Assembly (NCBI GenBank): GCA_965223905.1
Contig: CBDCXV010000011.1
Span: forward strand, 1,408,001-1,472,000
From: Candidatus Latescibacterota bacterium
GTDB lineage: Bacteria > Latescibacterota > UBA2968 > UBA8231
Length of the DNA stretch: 64,000 bases
Direction: 5' to 3'
Both the position numbers and the translations under genes were made by a program. The notes beneath the pieces were generated by a model. It ran no database searches. It was not told where the DNA came from and worked only from the letters and a program-made list of their open reading frames with translations. Positions 10,889 to 21,774 of this stretch are shown here, piece after piece (within the stretch, counting starts at the first letter, position 1; each line of letters starts with the position of its first letter).

Positions 10889-12088
10889 TACCTCGCGGCT
10901 CTCATCCGATCCGAGACGCTTAACCTTCAGTTTGTAGGCGTTGGGATCGGTGAATGCCTGCGTGTTGAGCAGCGACTGGCTTCCGCGCGTCTCAACATCG
11001 AGCATGTAGCGCAGGATGTATTGTTCCTTGAGACCGCCAGGACCTTGTGCTTCGGAAGAGTCGAGCAGCAGTTGCTGCTTGTCAGTACGGCGGATCTCCA
11101 GGTTATTGAGCGCGTCTTCATAGGATTCGAGGCGGACGATCTTGACTATGCGCGGGCTGCGCTCGGCTTCCTCTGGCGAAGCTAAGCGCTTTGTCTTGCC
11201 GTCCTTCCATTCCGGCGTAAACGTGACCTTTTTGATGCGCGGCAACAACACTGTTTCGAAGTAGACGCCCATCTCGACGAGGATGAACTTGCGCCGACCG
11301 CCATCTCCACGGTTTAAGTTGATGGCCGCGTGGCCAGTAGTGCCGGAACCTGCAAAGTGGTCAAGAGCAAGCAGTGAGTCGGAGGCTGTAGGAGAGAGGG
11401 AGAGAGCTCTTTCGACTAGCGACGGAGGCTTCGGGTTGTCAAATACGGAGCTACCGAAGAGCGCCTTTACAATGTTGCCTCCGTCGTCGGTTGTCCCAGT
11501 CAGCTTGTAGTGCCAAACATCCACGGGCACCATCCCTTCGGAAGCTTCAGAAAGGAACGATTTTAGCCGGGGGTATTCGTAGCTGCCGTCGAAACCCCAG
11601 TAGAGCCGATCTTCGTTGATATGTTGCCTGTGGGACTCAAGGTCGTACTTCCATGCGTGAGTGGGATGCTCAACATCATGGTTCTGGATGGGGTTATGGA
11701 TGGGGTAAACCAGATTGGGGCGCTGCTCTTTTGTGGCCGGGTTGACATAGGAAGAGCTGATCCACGGCCCCCGTGGATCGCTATCGGGGTTTGAGTAGTT
11801 GCTCTTGGACTTCTCAGTTCGAGCTTCGCGGATGACACTAAGAGCCTTACTGACTCGATAACTCAGCACAGTATCCTTCAGGCTGTAAAATCGCTTGGCA
11901 TTGTTACTGCGCGTATACCGTTTCTCCCACGCGACGTCCGCAAGAAAGTTTCCGCCACCAAACACACCATCACAGATCAACCGCAGTCGCGACACCTCGA
12001 CGTAGTCGATGGTCAAGAAAATCAAACCGGTTTCCGACAACAGACTTCGCGTGCGCGCGAGTCGGTCCTCCATCATGCTTAACCAGCT

Positions 12089-13703
12089 GTAACCGTTCAG
12101 TCCCCCTGCAGTAGTTTGCGCATGTAAAGAAATACCTAAGCGGGTTTTCGGGTTCGTCGGTATCTTCGGATTGGTTGTGTGTTGCAGATTCTCCGGATAC
12201 GAGCAACCCCATGAAGAGACCCCCTGAGGGTGCGATTTCCGAAGGCGACTTGCGTCAGCGCATTGTCCAGCTCGAGCGGATCGTGGAACAACAGACGTCC
12301 CGCATCGCCGAGCTGGAGCAGGAATTGGCCCGTCGCAAGGGGCGATCCCGCCGTGGCGCTCAAACCTCCTCGTCGGGTTCCTCCACGCGGCGTACCGATG
12401 CCTCCGGCCGTCGCCGGTCCTCGGGGCGCTCGCCGGGCGGACAGCCCGGGCACGAAGGGCACGGCCGCTCGTGGGTATCGGTCGAGCAGGTGGACGAACG
12501 GATCCCGGTCAAGCCCAGCAATTGCCACCGATGCGGGCACCGGTTGACGGGAGACGATCCCCATCCGCAGCGCCACCAGGAAGTCGTCATCCCGCCGCTG
12601 CGCGCCGAGGTCATCGAGTATCAGTTGCACACCCTGCGCTGCGCTCACTGCCACCGCCTGACCGCAGCCGGTTGGCCCGAAGGCGTGTCGCGGCACACCT
12701 ACGGTCCCAGCGTGCAAGCCTGGGTGAGCCTGCTGGCCGGGGCCTACCGGCTGAGCAAGCGCAACATCCGGGCGCTGTTGTCCGACGCCTTCGGCCTCAA
12801 GGTGTCGCTGGGTACGGTCAGCCGGCTGGAACAGGAAGTGGCCGCGGCCCTGGCGGGTGCGGTCGAGGAGGCGCGCGCCTTCGTTCGCCGACAGGGCATC
12901 GTCAACGTCGACGAGACCGGCTGGCGCCAGCGCCGCGCCAAGGCCTGGTTGTGGACCGCGGTGACCGAGGGCGTCACCGTGTTCTCCATCCGCAAAAGAC
13001 GTAACCGCGACGGGGTCGATGAGATGCTGGGTGCGGATAACCGGGCGGTGGTCGGCTGCGATCGCTATTCGGCCTACGCGCATCTGCCGCTGCGACGCCG
13101 GCAAGTCTGCTGGGCTCACCTGCGGCGCGCCTTCGAGGAGTTCGTGGCCCGGGGCGGAGAGGCCGAGCGCGTCGGTCAACACCTGTTGGACCGCAGCGAG
13201 CAGCTGTTTACCTGGTGGCATCAAGTCCGCGACGGTACCCTGTCCCGCGCCCGCTTCCAGGACTATATCGACGATTTGTGTCTGCGCTTTCGGTTTCATT
13301 TGTGCTATGGGCAGCAGTTCGCCGACGCCAAGACGGCGGCCACCTGCGCCAATCTCCTCGACCTCGGGCCGGCCCTGTGGACCTTCGCACGCCGGCCCGG
13401 CGTCGAGCCGACCAACAACGACGCCGAACGAGCCCTTCGCCATGGCGTGTTGTGGCGTCACACCAGCTTCGGCACCCACAGTGCCGAAGGCAGCCGTTTC
13501 GTAGAGCGCCTGCTCACGGTGCGCGATACCCTGCGCCAGCAGCAGCGCAACGTCCTCGACTATCTCAGGATGGCCTGTGACGCCGCCGTGTCTAAGCAGC
13601 CGGCGCCCTCGCTGCTGCCTTCAACCCACTCCCCCATTCGTTAATAGTCAACCTGCTACCATTCCGCCCCCGCCCCAACCTGCCAGGGGAACTGAACGGT
13701 TAC
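12089..13703 (+). mobile_element. IS66-family insertion sequence, single-ORF (ISBst12-like group), 1615 bp
   Basis: IRL GTAACCGTTCAGTCCCCCTG vs reverse complement of IRR GTAACCGTTCAGTTCCCCTG (19/20); 8-bp target duplication AACCAGCT at 12081-12088 and 13704-13711. Confidence 0.95.
12211..13644 (+). CDS. IS66-family transposase (TnpC-like)
   Basis: N-terminal coiled coil, GGQPGHEG, Zn finger CHRCG...[33 protein letters not shown]; exact start uncertain. Confidence 0.92.
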   Translation: MKRPPEGAISEGDLRQRIVQLERIVEQQTSRIAELEQELARRKGRSRRGAQTSSSGSSTRRTDASGRRRSSGRSPGGQPGHEGHGRSWVSVEQVDERIPVKPSNCHRCGHRLTGDDPHPQRHQEVVIPPLRAEVIEYQLHTLRCAHCHRLTAAGWPEGVSRHTYGPSVQAWVSLLAGAYRLSKRNIRALLSDAFGLKVSLGTVSRLEQEVAAALAGAVEEARAFVRRQGIVNVDETGWRQRRAKAWLWTAVTEGVTVFSIRKRRNRDGVDEMLGADNRAVVGCDRYSAYAHLPLRRRQVCWAHLRRAFEEFVARGGEAERVGQHLLDRSEQLFTWWHQVRDGTLSRARFQDYIDDLCLRFRFHLCYGQQFADAKTAATCANLLDLGPALWTFARRPGVEPTNNDAERALRHGVLWRHTSFGTHSAEGSRFVERLLTVRDTLRQQQRNVLDYLRMACDAAVSKQPAPSLLPSTHSPIR

Positions 13704-15419
13704 AACCAGCTGGAATGCTGATAGCGGTCCTTGTAGAGGAAGCCGTCAACGCCCGTGTTGTAAGGTGGGTCGGCAAAGACAACGGCGGTTGCCTGACGGT
13801 AGCGCTCCGACAATGTCTCAAGTGCCTGGAAATTTTCGCTGTGGAACAGTACGCCGTCTGTTTTCTCGTCTACATCGCCCAGCGCATCGAGTAACTGCTC
13901 TGTGAAACCTGAATCGAAGTGATGTGTATCCACGACTAGGGTCGGATGCCCCTTGAGGAATTCGGCTTTGAGCTTTTTTCTGTAACCAGGCGTAGTCAGG
14001 TTTCCTTCGATTTCGTCAATCCCAAGGAGATTCACCCACTCCTCTCGCTGTGCTTCATTCTTGGCGATCTCCGCATAGAACGCCTCAGGGATGCTGCCGA
14101 CAGTAATGCAGTATCGGGTTTCAACCACGAATTTTTTCTTCAGCCACAGTTTCTTCTGGAAATCCTCAAGCTGGGCGAGGAAGTCGATGATCTTGCCCGC
14201 GATCTTGCGGATGACCTTGATCTTGGAGAGGTACTGTTCGACACGCGGCGCGGACTCGGTCTCCACGTCGTCGAGGTGCATTACTTCGTTCTTGATGTAG
14301 AAGTCCAGCTCCCGGCGAAGAAAAGTCCCAAGGTCCTTGTGGATGAAGTAGTCGAAGGTGTTGCGCGCGGCGTAGCGCTTGAGGTGCGCCTCCAAGCGGC
14401 TGTAGTCGGCTTCATCGCCGTTCGCCATGACGTGCGCCTTGCTCAGCTCGGTGGTCCATTCCATCGACACATTTCCAGTGGCTGCCAAAATGTTTCGAGT
14501 TGCGTGTTCGCTCAGGTCTTTCTGGACGGGGGGGTTTTTCTTTCCCTCGCGATCCTCCTCCGGCCAGTCCGTGATCGTTGCCGGACGGTACTCGAAGCGG
14601 ATTACCAACTCCTTGCCCTGCTCGCCGTCCTCCTCAGCGATGAAGTCATGACCTGATTCCCCCGGCTCTGCCAGGATGAACACACGGTCCTTACCCTCTG
14701 CGGCCTTGACGTTACCGTGCTCACCCTCCGCAACGTCCGCCAGACGGAAGTGCACGCGCAGGGGCTTCTTTTCGTCGTGCGGCCTCAGTCGGAAAGCGTA
14801 ATCGCGCAGGTACTCACTGGTCTTGATGTAGTACTGGTCCTTGTTGGCCCAGTGGAGCGTGACCTCCTCGCCCTCGTAGGGGATGGCGTAGACGCCCGGC
14901 TTGTAGACGCGCTTGGGGAGGAAGTCGCCCTCGGAGTAGTAGCGGCGGAAAAAACCGAACAGGTGGTCGTAGACCTCGCTCTCCAGGGCGCCGATATCAA
15001 CGGCCTCGCTCTCGAGCCGGGCGCGCAGGTCTTTGACCTTCTGTGTCGTCTCCGGATCGACGCCAAGCCCTCGCGCCTGCTCTATGGCCGTGGCCAGATC
15101 TTTCTCGATCTCAAATTTGTCGGCGGTCCTGTATTGGCCGAATGCTGCCCGCACCTGCGGCAGCAGGTCCTCGTCAAGGAACTTCGACACCTCGGCGCTC
15201 TTAGCGTGCAGTACGCGGTAGATGCCGAAGTCCAGGTCGGGCTGGTCGAGCTGGAACAGCTCCTTAAGTAGCGTCTTCAGCTTCTCGTACCGTTGGCTCA
15301 TCCGATCGGTTTCCCTTGTGGAAAGAACACTTCGACTTGGCAGCTCATGATTCTTCGGACCGACACTTAGGAAAATAACGCACCGTTTAATCGATACCCT
15401 GTCAAGTTGCAGATAGGAC

Positions 15420-15979
15420 ACACACGCCCTGAGACCGGTCTCCTCCTTGAGCCGCTCCCGCGCGTCGTTTCCGCGCGGCATGTTCTGATCCTGGCACAGC
15501 CACCAGGGGAAGTAGACGTTGATCATGCCCACCCGGGGACCGTCGCTGCGGTTGGCCCCTCCGGTGTGCCAGAGCCGGTTGTCGAACAGCAGCACGCTGC
15601 CCGCGGCACCGGTCACCTGGGTCTCTCCGGGATGGGGGATCGGCAAGTCGAGGCCGGCGGTGCGGTTGGTCGGCGCCCGGTGCCGGGAAACTCGACAAAC
15701 CCCTTCACGGAGCCCATCCGGAGGTAGGGCCCGAACACCGCCCGCATGGGGGCGAGCAGGCGCTCGTGCGCCAGATACGGGGCGAATCGCCTGGTGGTGG
15801 TTGATGCAGAAGAGGATGAACACCGATTCGGTGTTGGTCCCCCGGGTCCGGCCGAGCCGCCTCGCCGCGGTCTCCTCGATGCTCTCCCGCACCTCGGTCA
15901 CCTCGCCGGGGGGAATGATCCCCTCCAGCAGGGACCAGCCGTGCACCCGGTGCTGGAACAGTACTTCGTCGACACTCAT
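15420..15979 (-). pseudogene. Degraded phytanoyl-CoA dioxygenase (PhyH) family gene
   Basis: N-terminal MSVDEVLFQHRVHGWSLLEGII and C-terminal GAAGSVLLFDNRLWHTGGANRSDGPR recognisable; central HxD part missing or scrambled; 3' end runs into the island without a stop. Confidence 0.6.
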
Positions 15980-16170
15980 CTGTCGCACACCGCCATGGAC
16001 TTTGAGCTCACGCGTTGGTTCGCAAGGGATCTGACTTTCTTTGAATGGCCTACCGCATCCGGGCAAACAGTCCGGGAACATGGTTTACAGTCCCGGCAAG
16101 CGGCTGTTATCGTATGCCGGCCGCCGGGGCATCCGGCCGCGCACCCACACCTGAAACAGGAGCACGCATC

Positions 16171-17110
16171 GTGAAAGTCGCTGTCTGGGGCCGTGAGCTC
16201 GAGGACTCCTACCTGAAGTTCGTCTGCCAGATCGGAGCGGACGCCGTCGACGGGTTGCCGATACCCAACGAGCCGGGGAAGGGGTATTTCGATCTCGACG
16301 AGACCCTGAAGATCAAGAGGAAGATCGCCGCCTGGGGCATGGAGATTAACCGCGTCTCCCTGCCCTACCTGTCGGAGGCCTACGTCGACGACGGCGACGG
16401 CGCCGAGGAGGAGCTGGAAAACTGCTGCCAGTCCCTGCGGGTGCTGGGGGAAGCGAAGCTGCCCCTGGGCCGCGTCGGTTTCGCCCGGGACGTGTACCCG
16501 TGGATGCGCAAGGACCACCGCGCCGTCCATCGCGGGGGGCTACGTGTACCGCGGGGAGGGCGTCAAGGAAGGCACGGTTCCGCCCTCCGCCGAGGAGCAG
16601 GAGCGCTACTGGGGCCGGGGTCTGCCACGCCTACGGCAAGCTCGTCCCGATCGCCGAGGAGTACGGGGTGCGGCTGATCATGCATCCCTCCGATCCCCCG
16701 AGCCCGGACGCCCCCTTCGGCGGCCTCGGGTTCCACCGCCTGATCGACTCCTTCCCCAGCCCCAGCGTCGGCTACCTCTACTGCTGCGGCACCCGCTCCC
16801 AGGCGGGCGGCCTGCCCCTGGTGCTCGACGAGATCCACAACTACGGCCGCAAGAACCGCATCTTCATGGGTCCACTTCCGCAACGTCCGCGGCAGCATCG
16901 CCACGGCCAACGGCTTCGAGGAGGTGCTCCTCGACGACGGCGACATGAACATGTTCAAGATCCTGCTGGAGCTCAGGCGCGTCGGCTTCGACGGCTGCCT
17001 GAATCCCGACCACTGCCCGGCCTCGAGGGGACGGCCCCGAGGCCACCCAGTCCCTGGCCTACGCGGTCGGCTACATCAAGGCGATGCTCGCCGCCCTGGC
17101 GGTGGTGTAG
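16171..17110 (+). CDS. Mannonate dehydratase (UxuA)-like / xylose-isomerase-like TIM barrel protein, frameshifted in this assembly
   Basis: GTG start with AGGAG RBS; LVPIAEEYGVRLIMHPSDPP, VHFRNVRGS, FEEVLLDDGDMNMFKIL...GFDGCLNPDH, YAVGYIKAML spread over several frames; indels near 16535, 16615, 16868 and 17020, mostly in G runs. Confidence 0.75.
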
Positions 17111-17188
17111 GGAGGGTGAAGGGGGTGCGCGCCTGAAAACCGGAACCAGCAGTAGTTTTTCCCCGCATTCCACCCCAAGGAGGGTGCC

Positions 17189-18707
17189 GTGACTGCGACC
17201 ATGACGGAACACGAGAACTACTACTTCGACGTGTGCGGCTATCTCATCGTCCGCAACGCCCTCTCCCACGTCGAGGTCGACACCTTCAACAAGGCCTTCG
17301 ACGCCGCCGTCGACGGGTCGCTGCCGGCGAGCGCCCCGTACCGCTATCCCTTCCTGCAGCTGCGCGACCACCCGGTTCTCCGGCGCTACCTCTCGGAAAT
17401 CCTCGGCGGGGAGTACTGCTGCGACGAAGGGCCGGAGTGGATCGGCGCCCCTGGGGCGGCGGCTGACGGCAGGCTATCCGGCGGCGGCGAGTGGGTCGAC
17501 TGGTCGCGCGCCTACCGGCACCAGGGAGGGGTCCGCCTCTGCCAGGGGGTGCGAGCCCTCTGGGCCCTGACCGATGTCGATCCGGGAGACGGAGGCTTCG
17601 TCCTGATCCCGGCCAGCCACAACTCGGAAGTCGAGGCCCCCGAAGACGTGCTCGGCGGGCCGACGACATGGGGCTGACCTTGCAGCCGGACCTGCGGGCC
17701 GGGGACCTGCTGCTCTGCGCCCACTCGCTGGTGCACGGGGTGCGGCCCCGGAAGGGCTCCAGGCCGGCGCGGACCCTGGCCTGGACCTACGTCCACTCCC
17801 AGGTGCGGGCCCACGACTGGAGCGGCGGCAGCGAACCGGCGCGGGACTGGCTGCCGTCGCTGACCCCGGCGCAGCGCGCCGTGATGCCCGATCCGGACCG
17901 CGACGGACTGCCCCCCCCGCCGGTCCGGACCGACGGCGAGACCTCCTGGATCGAGGAGGACGGCGACGAAATCCACCACTCCTTCGATCTACCTGCGCGA
18001 CCCCGAGGCGGAGATCGACGACAAGGAGTTCTACCACTGGGACCTGTGCGGCCACCTGGTCGTCAAGGGGGCGATGGACGCGGAGTGGCTGGCCGCGGCC
18101 AACGAGGCGATCGACCGGAACGCCGACCTCGTCAACGCCGGCCCGAGCGACGCGGCGCGGGATTCGAAGCGCCTCGCCGGCAGCCACGGCGCCTCGATGT
18201 CCGACCCCTGGCAGCTGCCCGAGCCGTACTGCGAGCCGTTCCGGCGCATGATCGCCCACCCGGCCCTGGTCCGGAGGCTGGAACTGGATCGTGGGCAGCG
18301 GCTTCGAGTGCCGCCAGTGCTCGCTGTTCGCCCACCGCAAGGGCGGGGTCGGCCACTACCTGCACAGCGGCACCGCAGAGCCCGGGGTCGGCAACCACTA
18401 CCGTTTGCGGAACGGGCGCGCCTACTGCGAGCACCTCAACGTCGCCTGGCAGCTGCGCGACGTCACCGCCGCGGACGGCGGCTTCTGCTGCATTCCGGGC
18501 AGCCACAAGGGGCGCTACCCCCTGCCCGCGGGGATCGCCTCCTGCGACGACGACCCGATGCAGGTGGTGCGCCACGTCGGCATGGAGGCGGGGGACGTGC
18601 TGATCTTCCTCGCCGGGGCGCAGACCCACGGCGCCTTCCCCTGGCGCGGGGACGCCGACCGCAGGGCGGTCTTCTTCGCCTACCGGGGCCGCAACTTCAA
18701 GCGCTGA
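17189..18707 (+). CDS. Tandem two-domain PhyH-family dioxygenase, frameshifted in this assembly
   Basis: Two PhyH units (YYFDVCGYLIVRNAL...GGFVLIPASH; FYHWDLCGHLVVKGA...GGFCCIPGSHK...AGDVLIF...THG); single-base shifts near 17657, 17980 and 18280. Confidence 0.72.
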
Positions 18708-18756
18708 GCGGGTTGCTTCCGGGCCGCCGGGGACGCCCCCTGTCCGAAGATCGCGG

Positions 18757-19158
18757 CTACTTGCGCGCGTCGCGCGCCATCACGTGAGAACAGGTGAGGA
18801 TGCGGCTGTCCGCGGTTACCACAGTGAGGTCGTGGACTCTCGCCGTGGCGACCAGGATGCGGTCGGCGGGATCCCGATGGAACTCGCCGGGCAGGTCGTA
18901 CGCCCCCGCGGCTATCTCGTGGGTAAGGGAAATCGTTTCCGCAAGCAGCGCCTGCAGCGACTCCGAGATCCATGTCTGCAGCCGCCCCGCCAGAGTCAGC
19001 CGCCCCGCCCAGGCGAGCTGGGCGAGTTCCAGCGACGACACCGGGGAAACGAAGAGGCTGTTTTCCTCGGCAGCGAGGGCACTCCTCGTACCGGGGCCCA
19101 GAGTTTCGGGTGACTCCTGGGTCCAGACCCACACATGGGTATCCAGCAGGAAGTTCAA
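18757..19158 (-). CDS. vapC: Type II TA toxin, VapC/PIN domain
   Basis: FLLDTHVWVW, VSPVSSLEL, HRDPADRILVATA, VVTAD; TTG start overlaps the antitoxin stop. Confidence 0.93.
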   Translation of the reverse strand: MNFLLDTHVWVWTQESPETLGPGTRSALAAEENSLFVSPVSSLELAQLAWAGRLTLAGRLQTWISESLQALLAETISLTHEIAAGAYDLPGEFHRDPADRILVATARVHDLTVVTADSRILTCSHVMARDARK

Positions 19159-19388
19159 CCTTCCCACTCCCAGTGGTCGGAGAAGTCGCAGTGGACGATG
19201 TCGCCGTGAATGGTCATGCGCCCGCGCAGGCTCCCCAGCTGCCGCTTGCGTGGAGTCTCCCGATAGGGATCGACCGTCGCGATGGGACGCTTCCGCAAAG
19301 TGACGACGAGGGATTCCCCCGTATCATGTACGGTCTTCAGCTCTTCGATGCACTTCGCCTTGAACTCGGAGATACCCATGGTCTTCAT
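19155..19388 (-). CDS. Type II TA antitoxin, Phd/YefM family
   Basis: MKTMGISEFKAKCIEELKTVHDTGESLVVTLRKRPIATV Phd-type N-terminus; coupled to vapC. Confidence 0.9.
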   Translation of the reverse strand: MKTMGISEFKAKCIEELKTVHDTGESLVVTLRKRPIATVDPYRETPRKRQLGSLRGRMTIHGDIVHCDFSDHWEWEG

Positions 19389-19435
19389 GGTCGACTTTCC
19401 TTCCACCGGAACGGATTTTTGTATTCGAACATCAG

Positions 19436-19468
19436 GGAATTTACACCTGGTCAAATGACCAGGTCAAT
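19436..19468 (-). promoter_or_regulatory. vapBC promoter with overlapping palindromic operator
   Basis: Perfect inverted repeat ACCTGGTCA-AA-TGACCAGGT (19445-19464) overlapping the minus-strand TTGACC-N18-TAAATT, upstream of the antitoxin. Confidence 0.7.
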
Positions 19469-19497
19469 TACGGGCCTAGTGCTTGCGCGCCCAGGCA

Positions 19498-20634
19498 CTA
19501 TAGCCCCTCCACGGTTCCCTCGATCAGGAGGTCGACCACGGCCCGGAGGGCCTCCTCCCGCGACTTACCGGACTGCAGCGCCCTCCGGTAAGCCTCCCTC
19601 TGCAGGTGCGAGCTGGTCCCCCGCTGGAGGATCCTGCGCGCGTGTTCCACCTCGGCGACGCACTCGAACTGTTCGGCATCTTCGCGAACGAGGTCGAGGA
19701 GCTCGTCGATCAGCTGGGCATACCCCACGATCTCGCCGCGGCCGAAGTCGACCATGCCTTCGTCGAGGCCGTAGCGCTGCGCGCGCCAGCGGTTCTCCTC
19801 GACCAGGAACGGAGCGTAGATCCGCCAGCGCTGATTGTCGCGGCGGAGCCTGAAGAGCATGCGGCAGATGCAGCGAAACAGGGCTGCGCAGCAGAGCGCA
19901 TCCTCCAGCTTCGTGCAGACATCGGTGATGCGCATTTCGAGGGTGGGGAAACGGGCGTTCGGGCGCACGTCCCACCAGAGCTTCGTCGCGTCCTCGATCA
20001 GGCCGGCCGAGACCATCAGGCCGACGGTGCGCCTGAACTCCCCGTAGCTCTCGAAGCGTTCGGGCAGGCCCGTGCGCGGCAGCTCGTCGAAAACGCACAG
20101 GCGGTACGACTGCAGGCCGGTCTCGGTCCCCTCCCAGAACGGCGAAGAGGTGCTCAGCGCCAGCAGGTGCGGGAGGAAGTAGGATACCTGGTTGAGGATG
20201 TCGATCCGCAGGTCTTCGTCCTCGATGCCGACGTGGACGTGCATCCCGCAGATGAGCAGCCGCTGGGCGACGACCTGGAGGTCCTTGTGCAGGATTTCGT
20301 AGCGCGGCTTGTCGGTGTGCTTCTGGTCCCGCCAGCGGGCGAAGGGGTGCGTGGAGGCGGCTATCGGGGCGAATCCGTGACCGCCGGCGATCCCGGCCAC
20401 GGTGCGCCGCAGGTGCTTGAGTTCCTCCCCGACTTCCCGGATCGATCCGCAGACCGAGGTCCCGATCTCGATCTGGGGACGCAGGAACTCCGGGCTGAAG
20501 TGCCCGGAAAGCCGGCTCTCGAACTCCGCGATCAAATCCGGGGACGGTTCGCTGACCAGGTTCCGCGAACCCCGGTCGACGAGCAGGTACTCCTCTTCGA
20601 CGCCGATGCTGAAGCTCGGCTCCCGCAGGGACAT
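19498..20634 (-). CDS. ybdK: Carboxylate-amine ligase, glutamate--cysteine ligase family 2 (YbdK-like)
   Basis: SIGVEEEYLLVD, ICGMHVHVGI, LLALSTSSPFW, LWWDVRP, PTLEMRITD, ENRWRAQRYG. Confidence 0.9.
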   Translation of the reverse strand: MSLREPSFSIGVEEEYLLVDRGSRNLVSEPSPDLIAEFESRLSGHFSPEFLRPQIEIGTSVCGSIREVGEELKHLRRTVAGIAGGHGFAPIAASTHPFARWRDQKHTDKPRYEILHKDLQVVAQRLLICGMHVHVGIEDEDLRIDILNQVSYFLPHLLALSTSSPFWEGTETGLQSYRLCVFDELPRTGLPERFESYGEFRRTVGLMVSAGLIEDATKLWWDVRPNARFPTLEMRITDVCTKLEDALCCAALFRCICRMLFRLRRDNQRWRIYAPFLVEENRWRAQRYGLDEGMVDFGRGEIVGYAQLIDELLDLVREDAEQFECVAEVEHARRILQRGTSSHLQREAYRRALQSGKSREEALRAVVDLLIEGTVEGL

Positions 20635-20672
20635 CAGCGCACCTCGCTGTTCATGCTGCAGCCGGCAGGCAC

Positions 20673-21467
20673 TTAGAACTCGGCGATCTCCTCCGGCTCG
20701 AGCACGATCGCCTCGACCTCCGGGGCGTGCTTCTTCAGCGCCTCGAGGAAAGCATCCGGCGTCGGGTCCATGGTGTCGAAAACGCCGTAGTGCGCCGGGA
20801 TCACGTACCTCGGGTTGATCATGCCGACGGCGTACCCGGCGCTGTCCCCGCCGACCGTGAAGCCGCCCCCGCAGATATTGAGGATCGCCAGGTCCGGCTT
20901 GTAGTAGTCGCCGATCACCAGCTTGAGGTCGGAGCACAGGCCGGTGTCGGAGGAGATGTAGACCTTGAAGCCGTTCTCGAACTCGACGACGAAGCCGATC
21001 GGATCGCCGACGTCGTGGCCCTTGAGGCGGCCGTCGTCGAGCAGGACGATCTCCGAGGAGGTGTGCTCGCAGTGGACGCCGGAAACCGAGATGCCGTCGA
21101 TCGGCGGCAGGGGTCCGCGGTTCATCCCCCAGCCGTTGTTGCAGAAGTTCTCCAGGCCGGTGTGCTCGCGGATGTAGACCGCGGTCTCCACCGGCGTCAG
21201 GATGATCGGGTCGAAGCGCTCGGAGAGGGCGGCGATGTCGCCGAGGTTGAGGTGATCGAAGTGGGCGTGCGTCTGCAGGATGATGTCGACGTTGCCGAAG
21301 GCGCCCACGTCCTGCTTGTACTTGTCCGGCACCGCGGGGTTGCCGTCGGGGAAGAAGTCGTTGCCCGTGAGCCAGGGATCGACCAGCAGCACCTTGCCCT
21401 CCGGCGAGGTCAGCTTGAGGGTGGCGAAGCCGATCATCTGCACCTGGACTTTTCCGTTGCCAGCCAT
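20673..21467 (-). CDS. Metal-dependent hydrolase, metallo-beta-lactamase fold (UPF0173-like)
   Basis: LLVDPWL, THAHFDH (HxHxDH), YISSDTG, VIPAHYGVF. Confidence 0.85.
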   Translation of the reverse strand: MAGNGKVQVQMIGFATLKLTSPEGKVLLVDPWLTGNDFFPDGNPAVPDKYKQDVGAFGNVDIILQTHAHFDHLNLGDIAALSERFDPIILTPVETAVYIREHTGLENFCNNGWGMNRGPLPPIDGISVSGVHCEHTSSEIVLLDDGRLKGHDVGDPIGFVVEFENGFKVYISSDTGLCSDLKLVIGDYYKPDLAILNICGGGFTVGGDSAGYAVGMINPRYVIPAHYGVFDTMDPTPDAFLEALKKHAPEVEAIVLEPEEIAEF

Positions 21468-21774
21468 GCCGTGTCTCCTTGCGAAATGTGATTTCCCGTT
21501 GGTCCCGTCCGCCGTGAGGTAAACAACTGCCATTCACCTGCCGGCGCTACCGCGGCCAGCTCCGACCGGAGGTGCAGCAGTTCCTGCGGCGGGTCGAGCT
21601 GCGGGCCCGGCGCAGTAACCAGCCTGCGGGAACGGCAGGAGGCGTTAGGACAGAGAGGGTCCTTTGATGTAATTCAGTCGGTCCGGCAAAACTGGTACCG
21701 GGAACCAACCCGGTCGTCCCAAGCCCGGGCGCGGTGTCCTGGGACAAGGCAGCGCATCGAAAGGGATTCGGAAC

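Noticed and set aside
13700-16081. 793-aa ORF as a genuine PhyH-methyltransferase fusion
   Set aside because: The PhyH part is internally broken, the linker is AT-rich and non-coding-like, and the Mod N-terminus starts cleanly at ATG 15301
19498-21537. Long 679-aa ORF, and similarly the N-terminally extended ORFs 44002..45759, 49730..52351 and 61982..63910
   Set aside because: The extensions are alternative-frame read-through of the upstream real genes in GC-rich DNA; true starts lie at 20634, 44628, 50881 and 63238
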